Below are positions 23,310 to 38,000 of a stretch of DNA of 64,000 bases, piece after piece (positions within the stretch are counted from its first letter, which is position 1; the number at the start of each line of letters is the position of its first letter). Under the pieces are notes generated by a model. It saw only the letters and a list, made by a program, of their open reading frames with translations. It made no database searches and was not told the DNA's origin. The DNA is from Haliotis rubra (lineage: Eukaryota), in contig NW_025767128.1 of assembly GCF_003918875.1 (NCBI RefSeq), positions 868,001-932,000 of the forward strand, given 5' to 3'. Position numbers and translations under genes: made by a program.

Positions 23310-26079
23310 ATGGTTCACAGCAGGATGGGTCTTTGCAAGGATATAAACATGTGGTTAATAACGGGATGTGTCTTCATTATGACACAAATGGTTGACAATT
23401 AAAGGGATGGGCCTGTAAAATGACATAAATTGCTGACAGGTAAACAGAAGACCTTTTCCATAACATAGTTGACATTGAGAAGTCCCATCAAAAATGAATT
23501 TGCTACTTGACTTACATTTTTGTATTACAAATAAAATGCATATACATGTACAGACATTATGACCAGAATTTCTATTCTTTATTCACAACTTCTTACACAT
23601 ATTAAATGTGTATCTCAGAAACATGTAAGAGCAAGGGTTATCTCCCTTGAATTGACATTATCTCCCTTGTCCAAGCCAGGACATAAATGGTCAACATTAA
23701 CACAAGTTATATATATATCGTTGATAATGGGATGGACCTACACAATGACACAAATGCTTGACAAACAATGAGATGATATACATGGTTGACAATTGAATCG
23801 TGGACATTTTCAATGACATAATTTGCTTACAAATATCTAACGTTGGAATTTTCCAAATAGAAAGGTTTGCTATTTAACTTAAATTCATGTGCTACAAATG
23901 TTGTTGTTCTCATAATAAAATGAATGCTACTTCGACTGCATATATGAACATTATAACCAATATTTTCTTGCTTGTTTATTTGTCCAACTTAATACATCTC
24001 TTAAATCTTAAGACACCTGACATGACAACACATGTGTTGTAAGAGTAAGGGTTATTTCCCTTTAAATGCATGCTTATAACTCACTGATTTATGGTAGATG
24101 GTGTTACATGATAACAACGCTAACTATGCATGATGAAAATGATGAATATTTTCAATATTTTGACACACATGAGAAGGAGAAATAAAATGAACCACACACA
24201 GTCTGATCCAGGGTCTGATGCCTTGCAGACATATTTTAATGAGAGAGGTTACCATTTCATCAAGGTTTGTAATGACACCACGAACAGCTATACGCCATTC
24301 TTGGCCTCATTGCAGACATACTCTGAGAGGTTACACCATCAACAAGGTGTGGGCTAACACCATGCTCTGCTACACATCTCACCCTCAAACACCATGCAGA
24401 CATACTCAAAAAGGTTACATCCGTGGTTAGGCTGCCACCATACTCTAAAGCACATGTAACCATTGCACACCTTGTAGACATATTCAAAGTGGTTAACACA
24501 ATGGGTCTTCGCAATGGCATAAATGGTCCACAACATGATGGGTCTTTGCAAGGACATTAATAGCTGACAACGGGATGTGCCTCCACAAAAACAATTGGTT
24601 GACAACGGGATGACCACGACAAAAATATCAATGACTGCCAAATTTAATCGGATGGACCTTTACAAGGGAATGGGATATCCTTAACAAAGACACACATTAT
24701 ATTTAATTTACACCTTTAATGTTACAAATCGAATGTTTCTGAAACTGAAATCAATGCTACCTTAAGAAAACATTATGATCTCTATATCTGGTTGGTTGGA
24801 GTGTCAACACATGTTCATGGATACATCACTGTTTATGATTTGCATGTTGGTTTAAAGTAATATACACATGAAATATTCAGAAACCTGATGTGATTACACT
24901 TCACATGGTGGTATAGTATGGTAGTTGCGTCTTAAGACTATTTGTGCCCAACTCAAATTAAATGGCAAATGAATGTGTTCTCTATTTGTGCCTCCCGGTG
25001 CTGGCATTTGTTTATCTGTGCAAGACTCTTCATGATTGTCCAAGCTCATTAATCATAACGAAGGCATGGGATGCAACTTGTTATGCTTATTAGCTTGTCT
25101 ACGTGGAGAATATCATAATTTATTCCTGAATCGAGGTGACTGTTTTTGTGCATTTATGGAGGTTTAAACGTAAAAAACCCTGTATACATACTGTGCACAT
25201 CCTACCAGCTTTACTTTAAAGTCTGCATTATGCTAAACCTCATATACCCCATAACCTCAAAAACATACTCAAATCTTATGAACTCATATCTCAATAATAA
25301 GGATTTGCAGACTTCATATTTTATCAATAACTTATACAATCAGGTCTTTGAATGGCATCTAGAAGTGATATACATAAGGAAGAGAGTTTTACTGATGTCA
25401 GTTTTTTTATTATGAGGAACACAACGTTTCGGAGCATAGCCTTACACCTTCATCTTTCTCTTACCTAACACATACAAGATATGTAGATAACGATATGAAA
25501 TCTGCGATATGATTCAGCGAATCACACCACAAGACCAACCGACGCTGTTATCAACCCTTCAGGGACTATTAATTCAGTAGAGGGAGTAGCCTAATTTTGG
25601 AAATTTGATTAACCAATCAAATGTCATGGTATTACACGAAGTGAGCTAATAACATGACGGAAAATTCCTACCTTGCAGAGTAATTAGAAACATGTCTGAA
25701 ATCAGATAACAGGATATAGTATCTGATAAAGTATGCAAAAATGCTTCGTACAACTATAAACCTAAGAAGACTTAGCTTTCAATAAAACCCCAAGGCATGA
25801 TCTGTACAATCATAAAGGACAGGAAATCGATATATGTTTCTGAATTTATTCATTCAACAGAACAGACTTTTATTACCAAAAATATAAATGAAGTTGCGAC
25901 TTCGACAATAGAGGAGAAAGTTGCAAGCGTTTATATTTGTACATGGTACTTAACTGTGTGTCAGGAAAAAACTTGCATAATCAGTCTGTCTGCAGTTGTA
26001 CATCACCACATGACGTAAAGTCAACATACACACCATCATAGCCTTGGAAAGATTACACAATATATCTAGAACTGATAAC

Positions 26080-27125
26080 GACCTAAATCAAAGAACCCTG
26101 GCCTGTACCACCCCCTGTCTGAATGGCTGCTTCGTCTGTGTCTACAGGACAAGTTCAGCCCGTTGTATGCCAACAATGCATATAGCACCATCATGATCTT
26201 GACCCGAGGTACATCGACATTTCTGAAAATTAAAACGTATAGTAACATGGCCATGTCTTTACAGCAATAAATGTCACCACTGTTAAAAATCTCAATAGGT
26301 CCCTATGAACCCAAATGGACTTTCCTAGATTCCTGTGCTTTTCCGTCGTGGTACGATGAAGCTGAACTGGTAATTTTCATTCAATGGAGAATATTCTAAG
26401 AACCAGTATATATAATTGATTCATTCATTTTAGGTAGTATACGTGTTTGGGTAACTCGGTCCATTTACACCTTGCCCTTGATAAAGTCCTAGATGTATTG
26501 TAAACTAAGAACCTTCACACGTGCATTGATGTAAGCCAGGAGTACATGTTGATCATCATTGGACAGTTGGAGAAAATAAAGGTCCAGTCAAGAGGTCAAT
26601 GTTGAGATCTTTAGGAGACTCTACCATTATCGAACGTTGAGATACATATTTCTGTCGACGCAGTAATTATTGAGTCACCATGACAAGCTGATTACAAACT
26701 TTATAATCAGCAGAAATGTCATTATTCATAAACCGCAAAGCTCAAGACGAGGTCTGCTTAAGTGAACCTCTTCTCTCCGCTTCTTAACATATTTTCCCTT
26801 AAAGGATCATGCCCATCTCCTTTGTTGCCTTTTCGTTTCAGTATGGATGTTACGGACATATACTGTTCATCCTTTTATGACTCAAAGTCTAACACCGCCG
26901 TTGGCAGTGTATCGGCTCTCTAATATTTCCCAGCAGTCCAAAATGATTAAGTTCCCATGAAAAATCAACACCCCCCTAAGGTTTGGTTTAGAGTGGCTCT
27001 GGAAAACAAAGAAAGTAACATATTATGTAGACTTCATGACGAACAAGCACAACCAGACATATGCAGTTTTTTGTTAAAGATGTTATAACTGACTAGATGA
27101 TGCAAACGCATGGTCGAAACTATGA
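26080..27125 (+). pseudogene. Fucosidase ghost module upstream of A2
   Basis: GLYHPLSEWLLRLCLQDK (~26100-26155), YEPKWTFLDSCAFPSWYDEAELVIFIQW (~26304-26390), GLEWLWKTKKVTYYVDFM...DANAWSKL (~26985-27122). Confidence 0.75.
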
Positions 27126-27241
27126 TTGCTACTATTCCAAGCGTTCATAGCGCCAACTCGCGGATATTAGCAGCCAGCAACCATTCACCCAGCCCTTCAT
27201 GTTAGACTGAGCTGCCTCAGTAACCTGTCCAAAATATATAG

Positions 27242-27605
27242 GTGAGGTGAGGTGAAATTGGGTTTAACGTCGTGCTTGAGAATATTTCGCTCATATGACG
27301 ACGTGCATGTGTGTGTGTATGTGTATGTGTATGTGCGGCTGCTTGTACTAGCCCAGACTTAAGCTGGTTTTATAATGCTAGCTCACTGAGATACCATGCC
27401 GCAGTAAAGCATGAATACCCCACTCAGACACAGTATACTGACTCCGAGCCGACCAGTCCTTGTTGTACCCATTAATGCCGAGCGCCAGGCAGGGACCAAC
27501 AAGTACCATATTTTAACGTCTTTTCGTATGACGCGGCCGGGGATCGAACCCGCGACCTTCCGCTCTCCGGGCGGACGCTCTAACCACTACACCACGGAGG
27601 CGGCC
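27242..27605 (-). mobile_element. tRNA-derived SINE (Meta-domain-like), full length, in the A2 promoter region
   Basis: A/B boxes, central gtcatacgaaaagacgttaaaatatggtacttgttggtccctgcctggcgctc, (CACCT)n tail, TSD tccaaaatatatag. Absent upstream of A1. Confidence 0.88.
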
Positions 27606-27861
27606 TCCAAAATATATAGAGTAATATGCAAGGATGTCAATATACAGATCGCAGCATGACTTTAAAGTGCAACATACTTCAGACACGTCTATTATCACTG
27701 AGCTGGATACAAGATAAACAAATACTCCTGACACAAGACCAGGTATCCTTACTGGAGGGTCAAGGTGATTCAGTCTATCTAATCTTTTCGAGCATCATCG
27801 CGACTACAATACCTGAATCGCACAACCACAAACAGAAACTCTCACAGGCAATCACTGCAAC

Positions 27862-30800
27862 ATGACTTCTCTCAAAATCCTAACTCCACTTCTAACACTG
27901 TCAGTACTTACAGTACTCTCAGTATATGGCCAGTATCAGCCCACGTGGGAATCTCTGGATGCAAGACCACTTCCTGCATGGTATGACGATGCCAAATTTG
28001 GTATCTTCATCCACTGGGGAGTATTCTCAGTGCCAAGTCTTGGTTCAGAATGGTTCTGGTACCTCTGGGAAAAGCGAAAGGTACCAGAAGTTGTTGACTA
28101 CATGAAGAAGAACTTCCGACCAGATTGGACGTATGCTGATTTTGCTCCAATGCTAACTGCAGAATTCTTCGATGCTGACGAGTGGGCTAGAATTTTGGAA
28201 TCTTCAGGTGCCAAGTAGGTATATTTTTCTTATTTGGAAAGCAGCACATACATCTATAAATCTGAAATAAAATGTATCTGCATAAATTGATCCACTGTGA
28301 CGTCATCCTTTCTTGTCATCATTGTTTGTACAGTTCATCGTACCTCTGAGTAACTCTTGATGCTAAAGCACTCAATATCTGGTTTTATATGTCATCATCG
28401 TAAAATGACTTCATTCAGAGATTAATAGATCTCTTTTTGGGGGAATATTCATCTTCCTGTCAATCGGAAAAGTCAAAACAGCGTTCCAACATGTAGATTG
28501 GTGATCGTTTCTGACAGACCAGGTTGTATGTGTGTATTGGTTCTTACCCAACAAAGATTGTACATCAGTTATAACAATTTTTGTGACTTGTTCCCGTAAT
28601 AATGTTTTGACCACTGTCACTGTAGGGAACGGTATCTGGACCATTGTTCATAGCAGATTTCAATAAATGCAAACTAGATTATATACCGTGAAGTAATTTA
28701 ACTTCAGCTAAAGCAATAGCACAGTTTGGAATGAAGAATTCACACGAAAATTAACAATGACTACGATTTCACCATAGTTTAAAGATGAACAATGCATTTA
28801 ATGTATATATTCATTAACTCCTAACATCAACAATATTACAGTGTGTGTGTGCTGAATGTTGATAGCAAATCATTTCTGATGCTGTAGTGAAAAGCAATAA
28901 TCACTCACTTTGTATGCTGTGACCTTCCTAGGTACACAGTGTTCGTGAGTAAACACTGCGAGGGTTTCTGTCACTGGCCGAGCAATGTGTCCTTCAGCTG
29001 GAACTCAATGGTTGCTGGGCCCAAAAGGAATATTGTTGGTAATGAACACTATTTAATGAATACGTCCACCTTCCATGGTTTGTCATCAGAATTATCTCAA
29101 TCCTTGTGTACGTTTTCCGATTGAACCAAATCTTAAAACCAACTGATTTAATTGCCAAAGGGAATTATACAAACTATACACATACGACGACAGCTGTATA
29201 AAAGTATGAAAATAGAAAGTCAAAAGTCCAATGAATGATTTTTAATACATAAATCAAGTGTCACACGAAAGAATCCAAACCCTGAGAAACATATTTCCTG
29301 TTGTTTCAGCTGAGTTGGCGCAAGCAGTCCGCACCAAGACGGACTTAAGGTTCGGTCTGTACCATGTGCTGTACGAGTGGTTCCACCCTCTCTATCTCCA
29401 GGACAAAGAGAACAATTTCACCACAAGGAGATTTGTTGACGTAATGTTTGGCCTATTGTTACAGTGAATGTCTAAAAAGACTGAAAATTTCACTAACCGT
29501 TTTGTAAACATTTTCATTTTACAAATTGACAAATGTTAGCCAAGGTAATTTGTCATAATAAAAAACAATTTTCATACCAAATTGTATCACCCAGTGACTA
29601 AAATGATAGAATTACAACAAAATGAAAATCAATGAAAATTCCTTGCATGATAAGTGTTTTGTAATATTTCTGAGTCACTCTTACTAGATTTAGGATCAAT
29701 CTTTTAGAAAATGGAAAGATGTTACAATCAATTTGTCAGATGACCGAAATATTTCGCTGTTCTGTATATTCTGTGAATGAGTCACAATTTAAACATTGAC
29801 TGAATCTTATGTACACTCTACTAAAATCTATTTAGTATTTATGTTCAGTATTTTTAAAATATATATTTAAAAGTCAATGTTTGAAGTGTGGTACGAGTTC
29901 GTCATCGTCTTCTTCTAAAGAGAAAGTTTTCGTATTCGAATTGTCATCCTACTACTTCCACTTGTAATCCCAGTAGTATTAGTATTCACATTATCACTGC
30001 AGTTCAAGATCATGCCTGAGCTGTATGAGATTGTGAACACCTTTGAGCCTGATCTTGTGTGGTCTGATGGAGATTGGGAGGCTCCAGACACCTACTGGGG
30101 ATCCAGGGAGTTTCTGGCCTGGCTCTACAATGACAGGTTAGTGTCAATACGTTCTGTATGGTGTAAATTAGATTGGCCCATTGTATATAACCTCTGGACA
30201 AACACTCTAACATAATGATCATTATGTTCTTATTTTCGGAAGAATTCACTCACTTGCTAAACGAGTCATGGATTCGTCACACGATCCACTCATCATTCAT
30301 AAGAATCATATACCTGTTACAAGATTCATGCACTTCTTAGGAGATTCAGTCACTTGTTACTAAACTGACATATATATAAGTCACAGACTTTCCTAATATG
30401 TTGCCAAAACACCACAGATATCGTGCCCAATTGCGAATTTGCCAGTCAAAGTCACAACACTTTTCAAATAATCCCAAAACACCAGGTGTGTACTTTCTTT
30501 TGTACGTCAGTATATATTCCTTTGTGTATTCCTATATTTATTAAAAGATTCATTCACTAGTCATTCCCAAGCTCATGGTCAGCATTGACAAATCCTCAGC
30601 AAAGGTTAGAAAGATATATAAGCACAACGTCAATTGACAAGAGTTGCATGTCCTACAATACCTAAGTGTTCAAATCTCAAAATGAAGTCGTATACATTCC
30701 AGCCCAATCAAGGAGAAAGTGGTGACCAATGACCGGTGGGGTATAGGGTGTAGCTGTACCCATGGGGGTGTCCACACTTGTGGAGACAGATACAATCCTG

Positions 30801-32699
30801 GTACGGAACAAATATATATTCCATTTGTAATAAATGTTATCGTATAAAGAAAGGTTTGTATGCAGTTGCTCAAAGCAAAGTAGGACATATACTGGCTATA
30901 CGATCGTGGTCTGTGCATAACCAAGTCTAGACCAAACGATCCACTGACTGACAGCTTGAGCTTTGACTTGTGCAGTTGGCATATGATGACTTGCACCAAC
31001 CAAGTAGGCATTGCTGAAGACCATTTCTAACCTGCATCTTCTAAGGGCTAAACAATTAGAATTGTTGTTGTGTTGGTGCTCATTAATTCACAAAATGCAG
31101 GATTCCCAGCTAAAATCGTAACATTTTGAAGAATGTCGTTATACAATTGTCACAACTGCAAGCCAAAGTCTACACACTCGCTCCTCATTTTGTACAGATG
31201 ATATATGTATTCTGCTTTGACTCTTCAGGTGTTCTGCAGAAGCACAAGTGGGTGAATGCCATGACAATAGACAAGAGGTCATGGGGCTTCCGACGTAATG
31301 CTCCCCTGTCAGACTACCTGACCATAGAGGAGCTCATCGAGACTCTAGCTAGAACCGTCAGGTACACCAATTTCCACACAAATAATGGCTGCCTTACATG
31401 TATATTGCATCCTTCTTATCTACTGTCTGAGACAGAAATAGCTTTTGTCAACCACTGTCATCAGGTTGATGACGATTCTACAAACGACTCTCACTTGAAA
31501 ATGTTCTGGAAACCACTATCTTGAAGAATCCTACAAACCATTGTTACACAATTCTTGTTCGCTCTCTTCCATGAGAGATAGGAGCAGTCAGCTTTATATA
31601 TGTGGTAATATTTCAATACATGATGTATACAAGCAGTTGTGTCAACATCTAGGAGACATGACATTAACCTTCCATACTGTTCACCATCAAATAACTCTAA
31701 GTGGTCCAAAGTGATGATCATCGTCTCCTCTGTTCCAGTTGTAACGGTAATCTACTCATGAACATTGGACCAACTGCCTATGGTGTAATCAGCCCCATCT
31801 TTGAGGAGAGGCTGAAGCAGATGGGCGAGTGGCTCAAGGTGAATGGTGAAGGTATATATGAAACAAGACCCTGGACCTACCAGAATGAAACTGTGATACC
31901 CGAAATATGGTAAGGATTTGTTGTGTCTACCTTTCACAACTTGGGGTGCAAATGAGCCTGCACTTCCCAAAAAGATTTCAAAAGAATGAAACGACTCCTG
32001 CTCAAAAGGATTGTGATTAGGGTTACACAAAAGCTTTCAAAATGTTTTAAGCTTAACATGTGGAGCAGATTTCCAAATTTAATGCATCAGGGACCAAGCG
32101 ATGTCCTATTCAGTTCCCCATTTGGACTTGCACTCTAGTTCTAGCCTTTGTTCAGGTGTACCATTGAATTTCAGTAGAGTGATATACAGGCATTATCCCG
32201 TATATATGTTTAGTTTATACACTTCCAGCCTACAGATATCTACATTTGTAACGTTTGAGCTACTATCAGACATGTTCTTTCTACGAACATTTCAATGAAT
32301 GTCATAAAACTCTTGCTCAAAATGTATATCATTCAAGCCCTAAGCCAAGCTTTCAAAATGTTCAATGATAGGTGTGTGGAGGACATTTCTGAAATTGCAA
32401 TTTAATTTAATTTAATTTAATATCAATGTTGAACCATGTTCAGGTACACCTCAAGGACAAATGGACAAGAAAAAGACATCTATGCAACCGTCATGAGCTG
32501 GCCCAACGTAGGGACCTTCCAGCTGACCCGACCTATCCCTAATGCCAACTCTGTGGTCAGTCTACTGGGCTACTCTGGGACATTCAGCTATACAAAAGCT
32601 GCAGGTCAAGGCATCAACATCAACATTCCGGCCATTCCTGCAAACGCTATGCCGTGCAAGTGGGCATGGGTGTTCAAGATCACCAATGTTCAAAACTAA
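27862..32699 (+). CDS. FUCA: Alpha-L-fucosidase (GH29), copy A2, 8 exons, ~460 aa
   Basis: Exons 27862-28214, 28932-29038, 29310-29440, 30003-30136, 30703-30800, 31229-31361, 31739-31909, 32444-32699. Same exon sizes as A1, in frame. Confidence 0.95.
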
Positions 32700-33744
32700 A
32701 CCTCATGAAATTTTCATACTTTGAGAGACTTAACATAAGTACCTAGTACACGTTTGTTTGTTTGTTTGTTTGTTTGTTTTTTCTGTGTTTTTTGTTCTTT
32801 TATCTGAAAAAGAGGTTTAATGGTGAATTAACATATTGTATAAATACCTTTCATTTCAACAAGGAACGTCTGTCTTGCAATAAATGATATATGTAACCTA
32901 ATGTTAGCGATCTTTTCTTCATTCTTTACATAAACTGTTAGAGGCTAGCGGGATTGTGGTTTAACTGTGATTCAAGAGCTTCTCTTTACTGCCAAAAGTG
33001 AAGACGGAGATACAAACGTTAAATTTCAGTATGCTACCATGGTTGGGTATTTCGAATGAGGAAGGACAATTGCACTGATTTACATGAATACCGAATGATA
33101 TATAGTTTCCATGTCGGTACCTTTGTGATTCTGCAAGGAGACTACTGAATTCTCTAGACGTAATTCCTAGGGAGAGAAGACCACAACTCTAAAACTGCTT
33201 TCCCCAAACACTGAGCTGAGTTCAGTCCATGCCGTCTCTGAAGTTCTCTTTTCAGGATGTACCGAATATTTTCAGTTACTTTAAGGCCTGTCTGTGCCAT
33301 GCTATAAAGACTATTTATCACCTTCGTGTCCTGTACAATCCTGGCTGCGTGTACCGGGATATGATTGTCTTGAAGGGTGTACTGTTCATCTGAAAAACGG
33401 CATAAGAAAAGCCAATTGCTGCCATCGCGTATATCTATGTACTTTTCCCCGAGTCATCTATTTAGATAAGTGCTACATAATGTTTACCAATGTTACCACT
33501 ATGAGTCATGATCCCTTGTTGTTGTATTTGCCTCCTGCAATTATTGCAACTTTTATTCACAAGGGGTAAAACGACGAGTCTCAAAACATTAAATGATATG
33601 TTTTTTACCATTGGTATCACATGTCACCCACCTGTGTATATTTATTGACCTCATCCTTCACAAACAATTTCTAGTCTCTAGACGATATATCAATAATTTG
33701 GTTACTGGATAATCTGCAAGCCAAGTGTCAAATATGAGGCCTAA

Positions 33745-34140
33745 AGTTATCAATGAATGAGATGTCTGCAGCACTGAAATCTAGGACACATCTGCACCTT
33801 GTCACGACTCCCTGTTTGAATAGTTCCACCTTCTGTATCTACAGGACAAGGTCAGTCCACATCAAGGCCACATCACATATAGACCACAGAGAAAACAATC
33901 CAGATCTTGACCGACATTGCACCAGTATATCTATACATGATAACTGTTGGGTCAGAGCTATGTCTCAACAGCAATACTAAATGTATGAACCCAAATGGGC
34001 GTCCTTAGATTCCAGCCCGATTATGGCATAACATGATGAAATTTATCTGGGAATCTTTATCCACTGGGGAGTGTTCTCTGCACCAAGCTAGTTCTGAGAG
34101 ATTGTGTTGAGAACTGGGATAGAAGCTAATTATATAGATT
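33745..34140 (+). pseudogene. Fucosidase ghost module upstream of B2
   Basis: EMSAALKSRTHLHL...YLQDK, then [34 protein letters not shown]. Paralog of 14305-14790. Confidence 0.78.
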
Positions 34141-35059
34141 TAAGGAAAAACAACTACTACAGACAGGATTGGATAGGTGTCGATTTTGCAAAAGATTTTA
34201 CAGCAAACCTTTCTCAGACAGCAAACTGAGAAATAATATTTTGAAGAAGTATCAGCTTCAATCTTCATCTGGTGTGGAAGGTTAATTGTTGAACTACTTG
34301 AACCCATGCGCCAGTTAACGCAGCCTTGAACGTACCTTGCAGATAGTAGGATCCCTCTCGCAGACATAACGCCAACGGCAAAAAACCAATGACTGTCACT
34401 GTCCCATAATCTTTTCAACTAAAATGTTCGGACGAAGTGGGAGACCATCAACAGCCTCAGAAAATCCTGATATTGCAAAGGGAAGCAACTCTTAAATCCG
34501 GTTTTGCAACTAATGAAACTATTAACATTTCTTGATACATACTACATACAGAAATGCCACCCTACCTCTTCCAATATTTACTCTTTCCTCCTTAATTTTA
34601 CATAACATTGGCCGGAGCAGTTCTTCCTGGCCCAACCTGATGGAATGACTGAATAGAATGACAGAAGATTAAGAAAGCTGAATGAATTTCTACTCTGCAG
34701 ACTTCATGCTTTACTGAGAAGATCATAATTCCTTAAGAATCGTAATTTGATATCACTAATTATCCATGATACCAATTATGGTGACATAGGGCCACATGTC
34801 AAATTTCACCTTTCTTAGTCCAGCAGTTTGACCGCAAATTAACGTGGAGAAAACCTCTCAGCTCTTGTCACATCAAGGTGAAAAAAACGCACATAGAAAC
34901 ATTAATAGTACATCCATTATCATCCAGCCTATCTTTAACCTTGAACATATGTCACGCGATGTAATCAGCTGTACTTGACTTCGTGGCCATAAAGAGATCG
35001 TGTTAAAATGCCATCACACTTTGCAGCAGGATCACAAACACATCTATCCCTCATCAACA

Positions 35060-38000
35060 ATGGACACAAAGACGGTCGTCCTGATATTCTTAGCTTTCAC
35101 GACAGCGGATGGACGTTCAGCAAACAAGAAGCAGACTGAGATTCGCTACGACCAGACTGAGATTCGCTACGACCCCACATGGGAGTCCCTAGATTCTAGG
35201 CCATTACCAACATGGTATGATGAAGCCAAAATTGGAGTCTTTGTGTCATGGGGAGTCTTTTCTGTACCAAGTTTTGGAAACGAGTGGTTTTGGGAACGAT
35301 GGCAAGGGGACAAAAATCCAATGTATGTGCAGTATATGCAGGACAACTATAAACCTGACTTCACCTATGCTGACTTCGCAAGAGACTTCACGGCAGAGTT
35401 CTACGATGCTGAAGCTTGGGCTGAACTGTTTGCTGCTTCTGGGGCTAAGTATGATTTTATTAATTCACTGAGAGATTGGATGTTGCAGTAAATCCCAGCT
35501 ATCCAGTGGATGCCTTCTGAGTGACCGAATAGCGCTTTGTTTTGACAACATATTAATTTTTTTTAAAACTGTGAAATAATTTTGTACATACCATTAAGGA
35601 ATTCTAAACTATTTCACCCACTGTAATTCACACGTAACATCCACAAATGGAGAACATGTTTCACCTAGGAACACATATGTCTTTAGTATTAACTGATAAT
35701 TCCCTGGACCCTGCCTGCTATCTCCTAAAAAAGACCAATGTCCAGGGCAATGCCATCGCCTCTTCCTTCACTCACTGTTGTGTCTTTCTGCGCCTATTGT
35801 TGTTTCTTCTTTCGTCCATTGTTGTCTCATGTCTGTGTATCTTGTGTCTTCGTATCTCCAGTGTTGTCCATTGCAATATACATGTTCATTGCATGTTATT
35901 GTCTTTACAACAACGAGTACGATACACCTGCTTACTGGACTACTGGGATAACTGATTCAACAAACAAAACGGGTGTATTTTACATGACGAATGATTATAT
36001 TAACTAAATTATATGTGATCATATATACATATGACCAAGAAGTATTTTTAAACCCTTTGCACACTGTCTCCTACATTATGAGTTGAAAATATAATTTGGG
36101 ATTCCCCAGTTCTCTTAATGAAAACACTAGTGTAGGCTGATGTCATAGTTCCATACGTTTGCCATGAATCCTATACGTCATCTCGGTTCATACTTTTTTT
36201 TCAGATACACTATCTTTATAACTAAACATTGTGGAGGGTTTTGCAACTGGCCAACTAACGTCAGTTTTAACTGGAACTCAATGATGGTTGGCCCCAAGAG
36301 AGATATTGTTGGTAATTATACATTAAGACTGATTCTAATCTCAAAACAATACTTGAGATTGTTCACAATAGATTTATTCTAGTTTCTAAATATGTCTTCA
36401 ACACGTTTTCCAATTCATAAAATACGATCTCCGATACTTTGCAAGAATAATATTACTCAGTTTGTCTTCTTTCCTTTCGTGCTTAGTTTGGAAAGCAGAA
36501 TGCAAAAACCTCGGTCAATTATGAACGGAAGCTGTGGACTTCAAGCTGCATGTTTTTGAAATTTCATTTTCTCTCATTTTCCATTCAAAATCAAGGTAAA
36601 GGTACTTGATGATGTGAATATATATTTTAAGTCGGTAATTGGTAACAAAAGTATTGAAATTAAATGAAATGCTATCAACAGGTGAGATGGCGCAAGCACT
36701 GAAGTCAAAAACAGATATTCACCTTGGCCTGTACCACTCTATGTACGAGTGGTTCCACCCTCTGTATCTACAGGACAAGGCCAACAACTTCACAACCACC
36801 AAGTTTGCTGAGGTCAGCGTTACTATATGTATCATTGAGGGTTTGTTGGTTGTGACAGTGCTTCTTGATGCTGGTTAGCTATATGGTGTTAGTATTGGCG
36901 AGTGATTGGCTTTATACCACTTGTGGTCTTTTCCAGCAATATCAGATCTACGCACATAAACGAGTGGTTGACGTATCAGACCTGAACCAAGGACTTTAGT
37001 ATGCAAAGCAAACACTTTAACAACTTGGCTACCTGCTGCCCACATGGTGATTTTGAGTGCTTCGGGAAATTGTAGGTGGACGGTGTGTGTTGATAATGGA
37101 TTGATTTATCAATCATTTTGGATGATGATGGTGTTTCTTGAGTTGGTTGCTGAAAGATGAGTTAACAGGATGAGTTTGTAGCTAAGCTCATTTAGTTTGT
37201 GAGTTTGGATACAAAATGTGAATTTCTTTTAAGTTTTAATCCACTATAATATTGCTAATTGTATAAAGCCATACTGGCTATTTGGGGAAAGTGTAGAAGG
37301 CTTGCCTCCCTAAAACACTGTAGTACATACGTGATATGTTCTGGACCAAACTGTTATGGATTAGTCGCAATGACAGTCATGGTGCATGTATCAGTTTCAC
37401 TATTTCCAAAGCGTATCAGGAGCTGCTCATTAAATCTATTCGTGTTACAATGTGTATTAATTTAAGACATCATGACGCATCAGAATGAAACCTCTTTCAG
37501 CAAAAGACTATTCCTGAGCTATACGAGCTTGTGAACACCTACAAACCCGACCTATTGTGGTCTGATGGTGACTGGATGGCCCCAGATACTTACTGGGGTT
37601 CCAAGGAGTTTTTAGCCTGGCTGTACAACGACAGGTATGTTTTCCTGAATTGGTAATACATCAACATTATGTGGCATTTTGTAAATACAGAAATAATGTC
37701 ATTTAAGGCAAAAACATGTCCCAAAAACAGAAGGTGTGTTCTTTATTCTGTTGTTAAAATAAAACGTCGAGCATTTTGAACTGCCATGGGTGACTGGATT
37801 TCAAGACAGTACTACCCCTCATGGCAATATGTGCTTGTTATTGTGTCCAATGGCAAAAACCTCAGTTTCCTTAATGTGTTCTTTGCAGCCCAGTGAAGGA
37901 CAATGTTATCGTCAACGACAGATGGGGGAAAGGGGACTCATGTCACCATGGGGGCTACTTGACGTGTACAGACAGGTACAATCCAGGTACTGAAGTAAAG

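Noticed and set aside
25415-25460. Second Penelope-type hammerhead on the minus strand (gatgaaggtgtaaggctatgctccgaaacgttg)
   Set aside because: The core reads aagatga instead of ctgatga and stem I is lost; at most an inactive remnant
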